Shown: one piece after another, positions 19,519 through 30,069 of the stretch | Position numbering within the stretch: position 1 is the first letter of the stretch | Layout of the letters: every line of letters starts with the position of its first letter | NCBI RefSeq assembly: GCF_000185985.2 | Contig: NC_014909.2 | Span: forward strand, 510,001 to 542,000 | Origin: Candidatus Saccharimonadota bacterium | GTDB taxonomy: Bacteria; Pseudomonadota; Gammaproteobacteria; Enterobacterales; Enterobacteriaceae | Length of the DNA stretch: 32,000 nt | Direction of reading: 5' to 3' | Made by a program: the position numbers and the translations under genes | The notes under the pieces: model-generated | What the model saw: the letters and a program-made list of their open reading frames with translations, nothing else | Told to the model about the DNA's origin: nothing | The model's database searches: none

Positions 19519-19878
19519 AAACACCCCTGCCCATACATTTCTATTTATTTTCTTACATAAAATAATTTAATATATAGAATGAAAAAATTATTATTTATTA
19601 TTATTATTTATATGCAATTAGATTATTTTATACTATTATACTGTATGCATACGTAATGTTTAAACACTAGTAGATATATACTATCAAATATATAATTGAC
19701 TACTTCATAAAACCCCCCTTCTTTTAAATTTTTATTAATTAACAAAGCAGCACAATATCATACATATAAATTTAATATTATGTTACTTTCTGACAAATAA
19801 ACATAGTAGAAATATATATTTATTCAGTATATACTACAATATCGAGAATTATTACAATAATTTTAAATAAGTATTTAC

Positions 19879-21528
19879 ATGTCTAACAAAAAAATTTTAG
19901 TTACTTGTGCATTACCATATGCAAACAATTCTTTACACATTGGACATATGCTAGAACATATACAAGCTGACATTTGGGTCCGTTATCAACGGATGCAAAA
20001 TAATACTGTATATTTTATTTGTGCTGATGACGCTCATGGAACAGCTATTATGTTAAAAGCACAACAACTTAATATTAATCCAAAAATAATGATATCAAAT
20101 ATTCAAAAAGAACATTATAAAAATTGCTATGATTTTAATATTAGTTATGATAATTATCATTCTACACATAGTAAAGAAAATCGAGAATTACTATATGAGA
20201 TTTATTTGAAATTAAAAAATAATGGATTAATTAAAACTAGATTTATTTCGCAACTGTATGATTCTAAAAAAAAGATATTTTTACCAGATAGATTTATTAT
20301 CGGAACATGTCCTAAATGTCATACATCTAATCAATATGGAGATAATTGTGAGCAATGTGGAGCTATTTATACCCCTATGGAGTTAATTGATCCGAAATCA
20401 GTTATTTCAGGAACCACTCCTATCACAAAAAAATCTAAACATTTCTTCTTCAATTTGCCAATTTTCACAAAAATGTTACAACATTGGGTATATTCTGGAG
20501 TTTTACAACAGGAGATCTTAAATAAAATAGAAGAATGGTTTAAATTAGGTTTAAAAGAATGGGATATCTCTAGAGACTCTCCATATTTTGGTTTTAAAAT
20601 TCCAAATACAGGCTCTAAATATTTTTATGTATGGATGGACGCGACTATAGGATATATGGGAACCTTTAAAAATTTATGCAAAAAAAATAAAAATATATTT
20701 TTTGAGGATTTTTGGGATATACATTCAAAAAATGAATTATATCACTTTATTGGAAAAGATATTATTTATTTTCACAGTCTATTTTGGCCAGCTATTCTAG
20801 AAGGAAGCCAATTTAGAAAACCCACAGGCATATTCGTGCATGGACATGTTACATTAAATGGATTAAAAATATCTAAATCTAAAGGGGCGTTTATTAAAGC
20901 CAATACTTACTTATCATATCTTCATTCAGATTATTTAAGATATTATTATGCTACTAAATTATCCTCTAAAATTAATGATATTGATTTAAATTTTAATGAT
21001 TTTTTTAATAAAATTAATTCAGATATTATAAATAAAATATTAAATTTAGCAGCTAGAAGTGCAAGTTTTATAAATCAATATAATGACGGTCAATTATCTT
21101 CTAAAATAGAAGATCCAAATTTATATAACTTTTTTATCAATTTTAAACATTCTATTGGAAAAGCATTTAAAAATAGAGAATTTAGCGAAGCTATGCGCAG
21201 CATTATGTCATTAGCAGATGAAGCAAATAAATATATCGATCAACATTCTCCATGGCATATTATTCATCAAATAGGAGAAATAAAAAACGCAGTATCTATT
21301 GCTTCTATGGGTATTCAATTATTTAGAATTTTAATGACTTATTTAAAACCTGTATTACCTATATTATCAAAATATAGCGAAGATTTTCTAAATACTCATT
21401 TATTATGGAATACTCTTGATACACCTTTAATAAATCATAAAATTAACAAATTTGAAATAATATTTCGTCGTATTAATTACAACCAAATCGAATCTATAAT
21501 CAATTCATCGCACCCCCATCATCAATGA
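19879..21528 (+). CDS. metG: methionine--tRNA ligase, short form lacking the C-terminal tRNA-binding/dimerisation domain
   Basis: 549-aa [37 protein letters not shown] carries the HIGH motif. The zinc knuckle CPKC....[10 protein letters not shown] and the KMSKS-type LKISKSKG are present. The ORF ends (..SHPHHQ*) roughly where the E. coli core (about 550 aa of 677, from memory) ends. Confidence 0.95.
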   Translation: MSNKKILVTCALPYANNSLHIGHMLEHIQADIWVRYQRMQNNTVYFICADDAHGTAIMLKAQQLNINPKIMISNIQKEHYKNCYDFNISYDNYHSTHSKENRELLYEIYLKLKNNGLIKTRFISQLYDSKKKIFLPDRFIIGTCPKCHTSNQYGDNCEQCGAIYTPMELIDPKSVISGTTPITKKSKHFFFNLPIFTKMLQHWVYSGVLQQEILNKIEEWFKLGLKEWDISRDSPYFGFKIPNTGSKYFYVWMDATIGYMGTFKNLCKKNKNIFFEDFWDIHSKNELYHFIGKDIIYFHSLFWPAILEGSQFRKPTGIFVHGHVTLNGLKISKSKGAFIKANTYLSYLHSDYLRYYYATKLSSKINDIDLNFNDFFNKINSDIINKILNLAARSASFINQYNDGQLSSKIEDPNLYNFFINFKHSIGKAFKNREFSEAMRSIMSLADEANKYIDQHSPWHIIHQIGEIKNAVSIASMGIQLFRILMTYLKPVLPILSKYSEDFLNTHLLWNTLDTPLINHKINKFEIIFRRINYNQIESIINSSHPHHQ

Positions 21529-21828
21529 AATGTTTTTTATAAAACTTATTACTATCAAAAATCAAACAATAAAAATCATATTTTACAAATTTATAAATTT
21601 AGAAAAACTGCGCTTACATTACTTAAGCAATATTTATATATTGATACATTTTACATTATATGCTTAAATACATAATGTTATTAATAAATTCAAAACTAAC
21701 ACATCAATTATACAATTTTATAAAGATATAATAATTCGAACTAATTCTTCTCCTATTAGGATGAAAAAAAATTCTACTTTTCTACATAACACCTCTTTTA
21801 TTCTAACCCAAATTATATATATATCTAT

Positions 21829-22494
21829 TTAACTATTAGTATATGTAATAGTATGAATAAATTCTCTTCGAATATTTTCATTAGATTTAAATAATCCTCC
21901 CAATGCAGTAGTATTTGTAGTACTTGTAATATCATGTATCCCTCTTGCTTTGACACAATAATGCACAGCATCGATAAATATTGCTACATTATTAGTATTC
22001 AATAACGTTTGTAATGCTAAAAAAATTTGTTGAGTTAATCGTTCTTGCAATTGCGGCCTCTTAGAAAAAAATTGTACTATTTTATTAATTTTTGATAAAC
22101 CAATTACACTATTTTCTGGAATATATGATACAGTAGCTTTTCCATTAAAAATAATAAAATGATGTTCACATATACTAGTAATATTGATATTACGTACCGT
22201 AATCATCTCATTTATTTTCATTGTATTTTTTATAACTGAAATTTTAGGAAAATTTGAATAATCTAACCCAGAAAAAATTTCTTCCACATACATTTTTGCA
22301 ATACGTTTTGGAGTATGAAAAAGACTATCATTGTTTAAATTTAACTTAAGAAGATACATAATAGCTGCCATATGATCTTCAATTTGATTCATACGAATTC
22401 TATTATCTATATCTAATTCAATTACAGGATTTTCCAATCCTTGAATTAACAAAGCATCTCGTACCAACAACGCCTCTTGAGTTAATGTAGACAT
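21829..22494 (-). CDS. folE: GTP cyclohydrolase I (FolE)
   Basis: 221-aa [30 protein letters not shown]....GKATV.YIP...[49 protein letters not shown] are near-identical blocks to E. coli FolE. Confidence 0.96.
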   Translation of the reverse strand: MSTLTQEALLVRDALLIQGLENPVIELDIDNRIRMNQIEDHMAAIMYLLKLNLNNDSLFHTPKRIAKMYVEEIFSGLDYSNFPKISVIKNTMKINEMITVRNINITSICEHHFIIFNGKATVSYIPENSVIGLSKINKIVQFFSKRPQLQERLTQQIFLALQTLLNTNNVAIFIDAVHYCVKARGIHDITSTTNTTALGGLFKSNENIRREFIHTITYTNS

Positions 22495-22777
22495 ATAATT
22501 TTCTCTAAATAATTTTTGTTACTAGTATACAAAAATAATACACCCATACCTATTCTAATTAATAGTATTATAATATTAATCAAAATAATTAATTTCTCTA
22601 AAATTTAGAACAATTCACGAATAAATATGCAATAATTATTTTTCAAAATACATAAAATACCAAAAAATTTTATTTAATAAAAAGATATCTGTTGCTAAAG
22701 TTGAGTTTTTTAAAATTTTATATATAATTTATATATCATGATATTAACGATGACACGTATAATACAGGTAGTCATAC

Positions 22778-23083
22778 ATGTTTAAAATAAACGCTGAATT
22801 ACGTATTGCCATAAAAACGGCTGGAGTCCGTCGTTTACGAAATCAAGAAAAATGTCCAGCTATCATTTATTATAAAAATAAAAAATTTGAAAATTTACCT
22901 ATTATATTAAACAATAAAGACATTCAACATCCAAATTCTATCATTCATTTTTACAAAAATAATATTTTAAAATTAAATATACAAAACAAATCAATAGTTC
23001 AGGTGCAAATAAAAGAAATACAATATCATCCTTATCGATCAAAAATTATTCATATAGATTTTATGTGTTTTAAATATAATTAA
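22778..23083 (+). CDS. rplY: 50S ribosomal protein L25
   Basis: 101-aa ORF. MFKINAELR......G.RRLR...K.PAIIY and a C-terminal ..QYHPY..K..HIDF match E. coli L25 (MFTINAEVR...SRRLRAANKFPAIIY...QRHPYKPKLQHIDF). Confidence 0.88.
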   Translation: MFKINAELRIAIKTAGVRRLRNQEKCPAIIYYKNKKFENLPIILNNKDIQHPNSIIHFYKNNILKLNIQNKSIVQVQIKEIQYHPYRSKIIHIDFMCFKYN

Positions 23084-23430
23084 AATCAAATTAAATAACC
23101 AAAAATGCATTCAGATTACTAATCTGCACTAAATTTAATTAAATAATTAATACACCTCAATATATACCTTAATTCTCAATTTAAAAAATAAAATAAACTT
23201 TTTTCTAAATAATAAAAGACTAAAAATAGTACAATTGTAAGTTAAATTACACCATACAAAGTATTGCTGCGCTACTTTTTACATAACTATATGAATTTTT
23301 CTATTTTTATTTTATTCTTTCTACGTAAAAAAATGTGTATTATCGACATATACCTCGATTTAATAACAACTATACCATGTGAAGGGTATTGGCAAAAAAT
23401 CTGAAATAAACCCTTTCATGCTGATTAAAA

Positions 23431-24561
23431 TCAAAATATCATTTCAAATATACACAAAATAATAAAACTATATTTTTCCCACTCATAACGTTCTAAAGAT
23501 AGTGTGATAAGTTTAGTTAATAACAAAGTAGGGGAAATTCCTGTTGCTTCCCATAGTTTAGGATACATACTATGACTAGTAAATCCAGGTAAGGTATTAA
23601 CTTCATTAATAATAATTTGATTATTTAATGTTAAAAACATATCTATTCGAGCCATTCCAGAGCAACTTAAAGTTTGAAATGCACATATAGAATAATGTCT
23701 AACTTTATCACTAATTATATTAGTAATTAAGGCGGGGATTATCACCTCTGTTGTACTACTTATATATTTTTTATAATATGTATAAAATCCATTATCATTA
23801 TTACTGTTAATAACAATCTCACCGCATACACTAGATATAGGATCATCATTACCTAAAACTGCACATTCCAACTCTCTTCCAACGATACACGGTTCTACCA
23901 TTATTTTATCACCATATGCAAATGCCACATCTAATGCTTTATTAAAAACATTTTGATTAGTAACCTTTGATACGCCTATTGAAGAACCTTGATTTACTGG
24001 TTTAATAAAAAAAGGTAATCCAAACATATTATAAAAACTAACAAAAGTTATATTTGATCTTTCATAATGTGAAAAAGTTTTAAACGAAGCTACTGGTAAT
24101 CCTGAATCACGTAACAAACGCTTAGTGATAGTTTTATCCATGCAAATAGAAGATCCTAAAATACTTGAACCAACATAAGGTAAATTCATAATACGTATTA
24201 GTCCTTGTAAAGATCCATCTTCTCCGAATGAACCATGAATTATCGGGAAAATCACATCAATTTTCAATAAAGCACTAGTAATATCATCAGTAAAAAAAAC
24301 AAATCTACCAGAAAATTGTTTTATCATCACTGGAATATATTTATTCTTCTGCTCTCTAGAATCAGAAAAAATATTTCTAGATACATCATTATATATAATA
24401 TACCAACCCCCATGTTTACTAATCCAAAACACAACTATCTCAAAAAGATTTTTATCAATATGTTGCATGATATAAGCTGCTGATTGTAATGAAACCTCAT
24501 GTTCTGTTGAACATCCACCACAAATTAATCCAACTCGTAATATATTAAAATTAATCTCCAT
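23431..24561 (-). CDS. ddlA: D-alanine--D-alanine ligase A
   Basis: 376-aa ATP-grasp ORF. LRVG...GG.S.EHEVSLQSA, DVIFPI.HG..GEDGSLQG..R..NLP.VGS, CMDK..TKRLLRD.GL, LP.F.KP.NQGSS.GVSKVT, GRE.ECAVLGND.P and GMAR.D.FLT....I.INE.NTLPGFT..SMYPKLW match E. coli DdlA rather than DdlB. Confidence 0.93.
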   Translation of the reverse strand: MEINFNILRVGLICGGCSTEHEVSLQSAAYIMQHIDKNLFEIVVFWISKHGGWYIIYNDVSRNIFSDSREQKNKYIPVMIKQFSGRFVFFTDDITSALLKIDVIFPIIHGSFGEDGSLQGLIRIMNLPYVGSSILGSSICMDKTITKRLLRDSGLPVASFKTFSHYERSNITFVSFYNMFGLPFFIKPVNQGSSIGVSKVTNQNVFNKALDVAFAYGDKIMVEPCIVGRELECAVLGNDDPISSVCGEIVINSNNDNGFYTYYKKYISSTTEVIIPALITNIISDKVRHYSICAFQTLSCSGMARIDMFLTLNNQIIINEVNTLPGFTSHSMYPKLWEATGISPTLLLTKLITLSLERYEWEKYSFIILCIFEMIF

Positions 24562-24634
24562 ATATACAAAATTGTTTAAACCCCATGTACATTTCGGTAT
24601 TATATAATATCTTCAACTATTGATTAAGTTCTAA

Positions 24635-24715
24635 GGTTTATAAAGAAAAACAAAGAAGCAAAAAAATTTAATGGTTTTTAAATTAATTAAGCTTCTTTGT
24701 TTTTCTTTATAAACC
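24635..24715. repeat. 25-bp perfect inverted repeat (31-nt spacer with an inner 7-bp stem) between the porin gene stop and the ddlA start
   Basis: ggtttataaagaaaaacaaagaagc (24635-24659) is the exact reverse complement of gcttctttgtttttctttataaacc (24691-24715). Inside the spacer, aatttaa (24665-24671) pairs with ttaaatt (24678-24684). The element lies 60 nt downstream of the porin stop on the minus strand and 74 nt upstream of the ddlA ATG. No U-tract follows it on either strand. Confidence 0.85.
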
Positions 24716-24775
24716 ACACAACACTGCAATACTTTTCTTTCTCTTTCTCAAGAGATTATTAAAAACTTCATCTAA

Positions 24776-25906
24776 TTAAAACAAATAAGATAATCCTACC
24801 GCAAACATATCATCAGTACAAATTTTTGCAGCAGTAGTAAAATCATTTTTAACTAAAAGATTTAACCTATAATCCATAGTAGCAGAAATTTTCTTATTAA
24901 ATAAATAGCTACTACCTAAGGTCACATATTTTTTAAGATAATTTCCATACCCGTTATCTAAATCACTAGCTTTTGAGTGTAAATAAGATATTGAAGGTGT
25001 CAACCCGCAATTAAATCTATATTGAGCTATAACTGACACATTTCTTGTTTTATTAGCGAAACCATACATACTTTCTGGATTTAAAACTTCATCAAAGTTC
25101 CCAAAAGGAGTCATATTATAAGTTTCTCCATAAACAGCAGCGATATACGCTCCGTAAGCATCATATTTAACACCAACATAATATGCTTCAGCAGGATCTT
25201 CATTACTACAATCACTATCTAAGCTCCTCTGATCAAAAGTACGATTACTATTCGCATAAACTACAGAAGCAGCCATTCCATTGTTTAAATGATAAGACGC
25301 AGAAATTCCGTAACCTTCTCCATTAGAGGTTTTTACTGTTCGTCCTGTTGCTTTATTAGTATTATTTTCTCCTTGATATTGAACAGCAAAATTTAATCCA
25401 TTTAATAAACCAAAGAAATTACTATTACGATAAGTAATAACATTTGATGCTCGACCAGATAAAAAATTATCTGATAAAGACGTATCCCCTCCAAATTCTG
25501 AGGAAAAATCTGTCCAAGATTTTACATCATGCAATATTCCATAATTTCGACCATAATCAAAACTTCCAAAATTTCCAAGTTTAACTCCCAGATAACCTAA
25601 AAGTGCATGCCCATTATCTGCTAAATACATACCTTCCTCAACGTTTTTTAAAGGAAATTCATGCTCCCATCTTCCAAAACCCGAAATTTTATCTCCATTC
25701 AAATATGTTTCACCAAACAATCCATACCTCACAAATGAATAATTGCTACTACTATTATTAGAACTTTTTGAAAAATATTGTCCCCCTGATATATTCCCAT
25801 ACACATTTAATATATTTCCATTTTTGTTATAAATTTCAGAAGCACCAAAAGCACTTGTTGCTATAACCATAGTCGCAATCAAGTTAGCAAAACACCATAA
25901 TTTCAT
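24776..25906 (-). CDS. general diffusion porin, OmpC/OmpF family (occupies the ompC position between rplY and gyrA)
   Basis: 376-aa ORF with signal peptide MKLWCFANLIATMVIATSAFGA. The mature protein starts SEIYNKNGN.L..YG. Matches include GSFDYGRNYG, SWTD...EFGGDT, YRNSNFFGL..GLNFAVQYQG.N, GVKYDA...Y.AA.YGET.N.TP, GFANKT..V...AQY.F..GL.PS..Y..SKA, Y...G..Y.FNK....T..DY..NLL and a terminal aromatic ..GLSYLF. OmpC-like and OmpF-like signatures are mixed. Confidence 0.9.
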   Translation of the reverse strand: MKLWCFANLIATMVIATSAFGASEIYNKNGNILNVYGNISGGQYFSKSSNNSSSNYSFVRYGLFGETYLNGDKISGFGRWEHEFPLKNVEEGMYLADNGHALLGYLGVKLGNFGSFDYGRNYGILHDVKSWTDFSSEFGGDTSLSDNFLSGRASNVITYRNSNFFGLLNGLNFAVQYQGENNTNKATGRTVKTSNGEGYGISASYHLNNGMAASVVYANSNRTFDQRSLDSDCSNEDPAEAYYVGVKYDAYGAYIAAVYGETYNMTPFGNFDEVLNPESMYGFANKTRNVSVIAQYRFNCGLTPSISYLHSKASDLDNGYGNYLKKYVTLGSSYLFNKKISATMDYRLNLLVKNDFTTAAKICTDDMFAVGLSYLF

Positions 25907-26406
25907 ATCCTATACCTCATCATAGAAAAACCTACATCTATTTATTAATAATTCACTTTTTATCTTCTTAATTAATTTTATTCTATTTGTATTCTTATCA
26001 TACAAAAATTAGTGTACTAAAGTAACATATTCAATGCTCATTACATAACAATTCATATCATATCTTATCTTGCAATAAGATACAAATAATTCCTTAATTT
26101 TAACAGCTATTCTTAGTATACAGATACAACAAATTAAACAATTATTCAAATAAAATTTTTTGAAATCTGTAACATCCCTAAATACTTATTCCATTAACAA
26201 TAAAATTACTACTTTTTTACATTATAAATACAACATCAATAATTATTATTTTATTTAATCACGACCACACCCACATTCCAATAATTTATTTTCTAGTTTT
26301 ACAGACTTACCATGCACACTACTATACAATTACATAAAAATTTAATTATATATAGATCACAACATATATGATATCACATAATATTTACATTATTTATTAC
26401 ATTACT

Positions 26407-28947
26407 CTAATTAGAGTCTACTGATTCTACCACACGCTGCAATCCAACTACATGCTCATCACAAGCAGTACGAATTAACATAACCCCTTTAGTATTACGT
26501 TTAATAATATTAACTTCAGAAACACGAATACGCACTAATCGACCAGCATCAGTAATTATCATTATTTGATCATCATGGCTAACTTGCACAGCTCCTACTA
26601 CATTGCCATTTCTTTCTGTAACTTTAATAGAAATTACCCCTTTAGTAGAACGAGATTTTAATGGATATTCCGATTGATCTGTGCGTTTACCAAATCCATT
26701 TTTAGTTATAGTTAATATAGAACTTTTATTTTTCGGTATAATTAAAGATACTACTCGATCTCCTTGCAACAAATGAATACCTTTAACCCCAACTGCTGAA
26801 CGCCCCATACTACGCACCTGAGTTTCCTTAAATCTCACAACCTTACCATAAGCAGTAAATAACATAACTTCATTATTCCCGTCTGTCACATCAGCTCCGA
26901 TCAATTCATCACCTACATTAAGATTAAGCGCAATAATACCAACATTTCTAGGTCGACTAAATTCCATAAGCGCAGTTTTTTTTACAAATCCACTGCTAGT
27001 AGCCATAAATACTTGATGTCCCTTTGTATACTTTTGAATCGGCAAAATAGTAGTAATGCGTTCATTTACGTCTAAAGGTAATAAATTAATAATTGGTCGG
27101 CCACGTGAACTACGTTTTACTTCCGGTAAGCGATATACTTTCATCCAATATATGCGACCATAATTAGAAAATAATAAAACAGTATCATGAGTATTTGCTA
27201 TGAGCAACTGAGTAATAAAATCTTCTTCCTTTATACGAGTAGTTAATTTCCCTTTTCCTCCTCGTTTTTGTGCTTCATAATCAGTTAATGGTTGATACTT
27301 AACATACCCTTGATAAGACAATGTTACGACAACATCCCTTTGATTAATTAAATTTTCTACATCAATACTAGGAATAGTATTATTAATTTCAGTCCGACGG
27401 ATATCGCTGTATTCTTCCTTAATAGAAACTAATTCTTGACGAATTACATCCATTAACGAACTTTTATTCTTCAAGGTAAAAATCAATTTTTCCATTTTCT
27501 TTAATAAAGAATCATATTCTACTAATAATTTATCATGTTCTAAGGTAGTAAGTTTATGTAATCGTAAATCTAAAATAGCCCGTGCCTGATTTTTAGTGAA
27601 ATAACATTCATTATTTTTGGTAAAATTATTTTTATCTAACCACTCCGAATTTAATAAATCAATAGATATTGACTTTCTCATATTTGTGACATCATTTGCC
27701 CTCCAAGATTGAGATGTTAAAATACAACCAGCATTAAAAGCACTATTAGAACGACGAATTACTTCAATTACAATATCTATATTAGATAAAGCTATTACTA
27801 ACCCCTCTAAAACATGAATGCGGTTACTAGCTTTTTTCAATTCAAATAAAATACGACGTGTTATAACGGAACGACGATGACATATAAAAGCAGATAAAAT
27901 ATCTTTTAACGACATTACTTTTGGTTGCCCATGATGTAAAGCAACCATATTAATCCCAAAAGATACTTGTAACTGCGTTAAAGAATATAAATTATTCAAT
28001 ACTATTTCACTAATAGCATCATGCTTAATATCAATAACTACTCTCATTCCATCTTTATCAGATTCATCACGCAAACTATGTATACCATCAATACGTTTTG
28101 TTTTTACTAATTCTGCAATTTTTTCCAATAATTTAGATTTATTAACTTGATACGGAATTTCATATACTATTATAGATTCTCGTCCAGTCTTAACATCAGT
28201 ATTAATTTCCGCTCTAGCTCGAATGTAAATTTTACCTTTACCTGTTTCATATGCTTTTTTCAGTTCGCTACAATCATTAATAACAGCAGCAGAAGGAAAA
28301 TCTGGACCTGGTATGTGTTGCATCAATTCATCAATAGTAATATTTTCATTGTCAATAAATGCTAGACAACCATTAACTACTTCAGAAAGATTATGAGGTG
28401 GAATATTTGTAGCCATTCCCACAGCAATTCCAGACGATCCATTAATTAAAATATTCGGAATTCTGGCTGGCAATACCTCAGGAATTCGCTCAGTACCATC
28501 ATAATTAAACTCATAATCAACTGTTTCTTTTTCTAAGTCAGATAATAATTCATTTGAAATTTTAGACATACGTATTTCCGTATAACGCATAGCAGCGGCT
28601 GAATCACCATCTACTGACCCAAAATTTCCCTGACCATCAATTAAAACATAACGCATTAAAAAAGGTTGCGCCATACGAACAATGGTATCATATACCGCTG
28701 AATCACCATGAGGATGATATTTACCTATAACGTCTCCCACTATTCTAGCAGATTTTTTATAATTTTTATTCCAATAATTCCCAAGAATCTGCATAGCAAA
28801 CAGTACCCGACGATGTACCGGTTTTAATCCATCTCTAACATCTGGTAAAGCTCGTCCTATAATTACAGACATAGCATAATCTAAATAAGAACGTTTTAAT
28901 TCTTCTTCTATATAAACTTGTGTAATTTCTTTAGCACGATCATTCAT
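26407..28947 (-). CDS. gyrA: DNA gyrase subunit A
   Basis: From ATG 28947, which has AAGGA about 10 nt upstream: [52 protein letters not shown]...[21 protein letters not shown]...AAAMRYTE (active-site Tyr region). The GyrA-box/beta-pinwheel repeats continue through ...[14 protein letters not shown]. The 32 N-terminal codons the ORF track adds have no homologue. Confidence 0.97.
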   Translation of the reverse strand: MNDRAKEITQVYIEEELKRSYLDYAMSVIIGRALPDVRDGLKPVHRRVLFAMQILGNYWNKNYKKSARIVGDVIGKYHPHGDSAVYDTIVRMAQPFLMRYVLIDGQGNFGSVDGDSAAAMRYTEIRMSKISNELLSDLEKETVDYEFNYDGTERIPEVLPARIPNILINGSSGIAVGMATNIPPHNLSEVVNGCLAFIDNENITIDELMQHIPGPDFPSAAVINDCSELKKAYETGKGKIYIRARAEINTDVKTGRESIIVYEIPYQVNKSKLLEKIAELVKTKRIDGIHSLRDESDKDGMRVVIDIKHDAISEIVLNNLYSLTQLQVSFGINMVALHHGQPKVMSLKDILSAFICHRRSVITRRILFELKKASNRIHVLEGLVIALSNIDIVIEVIRRSNSAFNAGCILTSQSWRANDVTNMRKSISIDLLNSEWLDKNNFTKNNECYFTKNQARAILDLRLHKLTTLEHDKLLVEYDSLLKKMEKLIFTLKNKSSLMDVIRQELVSIKEEYSDIRRTEINNTIPSIDVENLINQRDVVVTLSYQGYVKYQPLTDYEAQKRGGKGKLTTRIKEEDFITQLLIANTHDTVLLFSNYGRIYWMKVYRLPEVKRSSRGRPIINLLPLDVNERITTILPIQKYTKGHQVFMATSSGFVKKTALMEFSRPRNVGIIALNLNVGDELIGADVTDGNNEVMLFTAYGKVVRFKETQVRSMGRSAVGVKGIHLLQGDRVVSLIIPKNKSSILTITKNGFGKRTDQSEYPLKSRSTKGVISIKVTERNGNVVGAVQVSHDDQIMIITDAGRLVRIRVSEVNIIKRNTKGVMLIRTACDEHVVGLQRVVESVDSN

Positions 28948-29201
28948 ATAATAATATCCTTGTATATTATATATATATCTACATAATAAAACTATCCAAA
29001 AAAGTAACTCAGTATTATACTCTCGTTTACTTTTTAAAAACACATTAAAGACAATTTCCTGTTATTATTTAAGATAAATTTATATTTTTAATAATATAAA
29101 TAAGTACATTTTTATAGTTTGAAGTTATCAATAAAACAACATACTACGAAATAAATAACTTAACAAAAATACAAGTTTAATTAATTTAATACAAAAATAT
29201 T

Positions 29202-29930
29202 ATGAACAAAAAAATCACTAAAAACTTAACAAAAAATATCGATCCTAAAGAAATTAAACGATTTAATCTATCTGCCTCACAATGGTGGAACACTAATGGT
29301 ATATTTCAATCTTTACATCATATAAATAACACACGTTTACATTACATTATTAAATATAGCAATGGATTACATAAAAAAAAAATATTAGATATTGGGTGTG
29401 GAGGAGGGATTCTTTCAGAAAGCATGGCTAGAAAAGGAGCAAAAGTTACCGGATTAGATTACAGCTCTAATTCATTAAACATAGCTAAAAAACATGCCTT
29501 ATCTCACAATCTAATAATTAATTATAAACTTGAAACAATAGAACAGCACTTACTCAATCATACTAATCATTACGATATTATAACTTGTATGGAAGTTTTA
29601 GAACACGTACCTAACCCATTGGAAATAATTAATGCTTGTTCTTCCATGATTAAAATAGGAGGGTCAATATTTTTTTCTACATTAAACCGAACTCTAAAAG
29701 CATGGTTATTAGTTATAATTGGCGCTGAATATATTTTTAACCTCATTCCTAAGGGGACTCATACCTTGGAAAGGTTTATCACGCCATCAGAACTACTTGA
29801 TTGGATCGATATAACTAAATTAGAAGCAAACAATATCTCTGGAATATACTATAACCCATTTACTTACAATTGTATGATTACACAAGATATAAGCGTAAAC
29901 TATATATTACATACACAACGAACACTATAA
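29202..29930 (+). CDS. ubiG: bifunctional 3-demethylubiquinol / 2-polyprenyl-6-hydroxyphenol O-methyltransferase
   Basis: 242-aa ORF. S.WW...G.F..LH.IN..RL.YI, K.LD.GCGGGIL.ESMAR.GA.VTGLD (SAM motif I), YD..TCME.LEHVP.P, GG..FFSTLNR..K.WL....GAEYI....PKGTH and NY.LHTQ match E. coli UbiG. It is divergent from gyrA, as in E. coli. Confidence 0.94.
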   Translation: MNKKITKNLTKNIDPKEIKRFNLSASQWWNTNGIFQSLHHINNTRLHYIIKYSNGLHKKKILDIGCGGGILSESMARKGAKVTGLDYSSNSLNIAKKHALSHNLIINYKLETIEQHLLNHTNHYDIITCMEVLEHVPNPLEIINACSSMIKIGGSIFFSTLNRTLKAWLLVIIGAEYIFNLIPKGTHTLERFITPSELLDWIDITKLEANNISGIYYNPFTYNCMITQDISVNYILHTQRTL

Positions 29931-30069
29931 TTTAAAACAATAACGTTATTTACTATTAATTTTTATACACATGAATATATGTCTATTACAAACAACACAT
30001 ATAATATTATTATTTTATAATTCACAAAATACAATAAATAATTATTGATTCTATAATGCTATCAACCAA

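Noticed and set aside
19643-19652. 10-bp perfect palindrome gtatgcatac in the gnd/metG divergent spacer
   Set aside because: By a rough estimate, dozens of 10-bp palindromes are expected per 32 kb at this composition. There is no second copy and no known operator match.
21733-21741. attcgaact, resembling the reverse complement of a tRNA T-loop (GGTTCGAAT)
   Set aside because: The flanking bases cannot form a T-stem, and no acceptor or anticodon arms can be drawn. It is not a tRNA gene.
22701-22728. Sigma-70-like hexamers: TTGAGT-16 nt-TATAAT upstream of rplY, and TTGTAT-17 nt-TATAAT at 6844-6872 upstream of tRNA-Asn
   Set aside because: Both are plausible promoters. However, TATAAT-like hexamers are so frequent in these A/T-saturated spacers that the match does not discriminate. 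I do not report them as features without transcription-start data.
28147-28365. 72-aa plus-strand ORF
   Set aside because: It lies entirely inside gyrA on the opposite strand and is low-complexity. It is a shadow ORF.
28948-29043. 32-codon N-terminal extension of gyrA in the ORF track ([18 protein letters not shown]...)
   Set aside because: Similarity to GyrA begins exactly at the internal MNDRAKEI..., which has an AAGGA Shine-Dalgarno-like motif about 10 nt upstream. The extension is hydrophobic and has no counterpart in GyrA.
29963-29971. ttatacaca, a match to the DnaA-box consensus TTATNCACA, upstream of nrdA; also acacatgaatatatgt nearby as a possible NrdR box
   Set aside because: By my rough composition-based estimate, two or three such 9-mers are expected by chance in this window. 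It lies about 340 bp from the nrdA ATG. The NrdR-like stretch matches the palindromic consensus at too few positions. Some reduced symbionts lack dnaA and nrdR altogether, so no call can be made without the whole genome.
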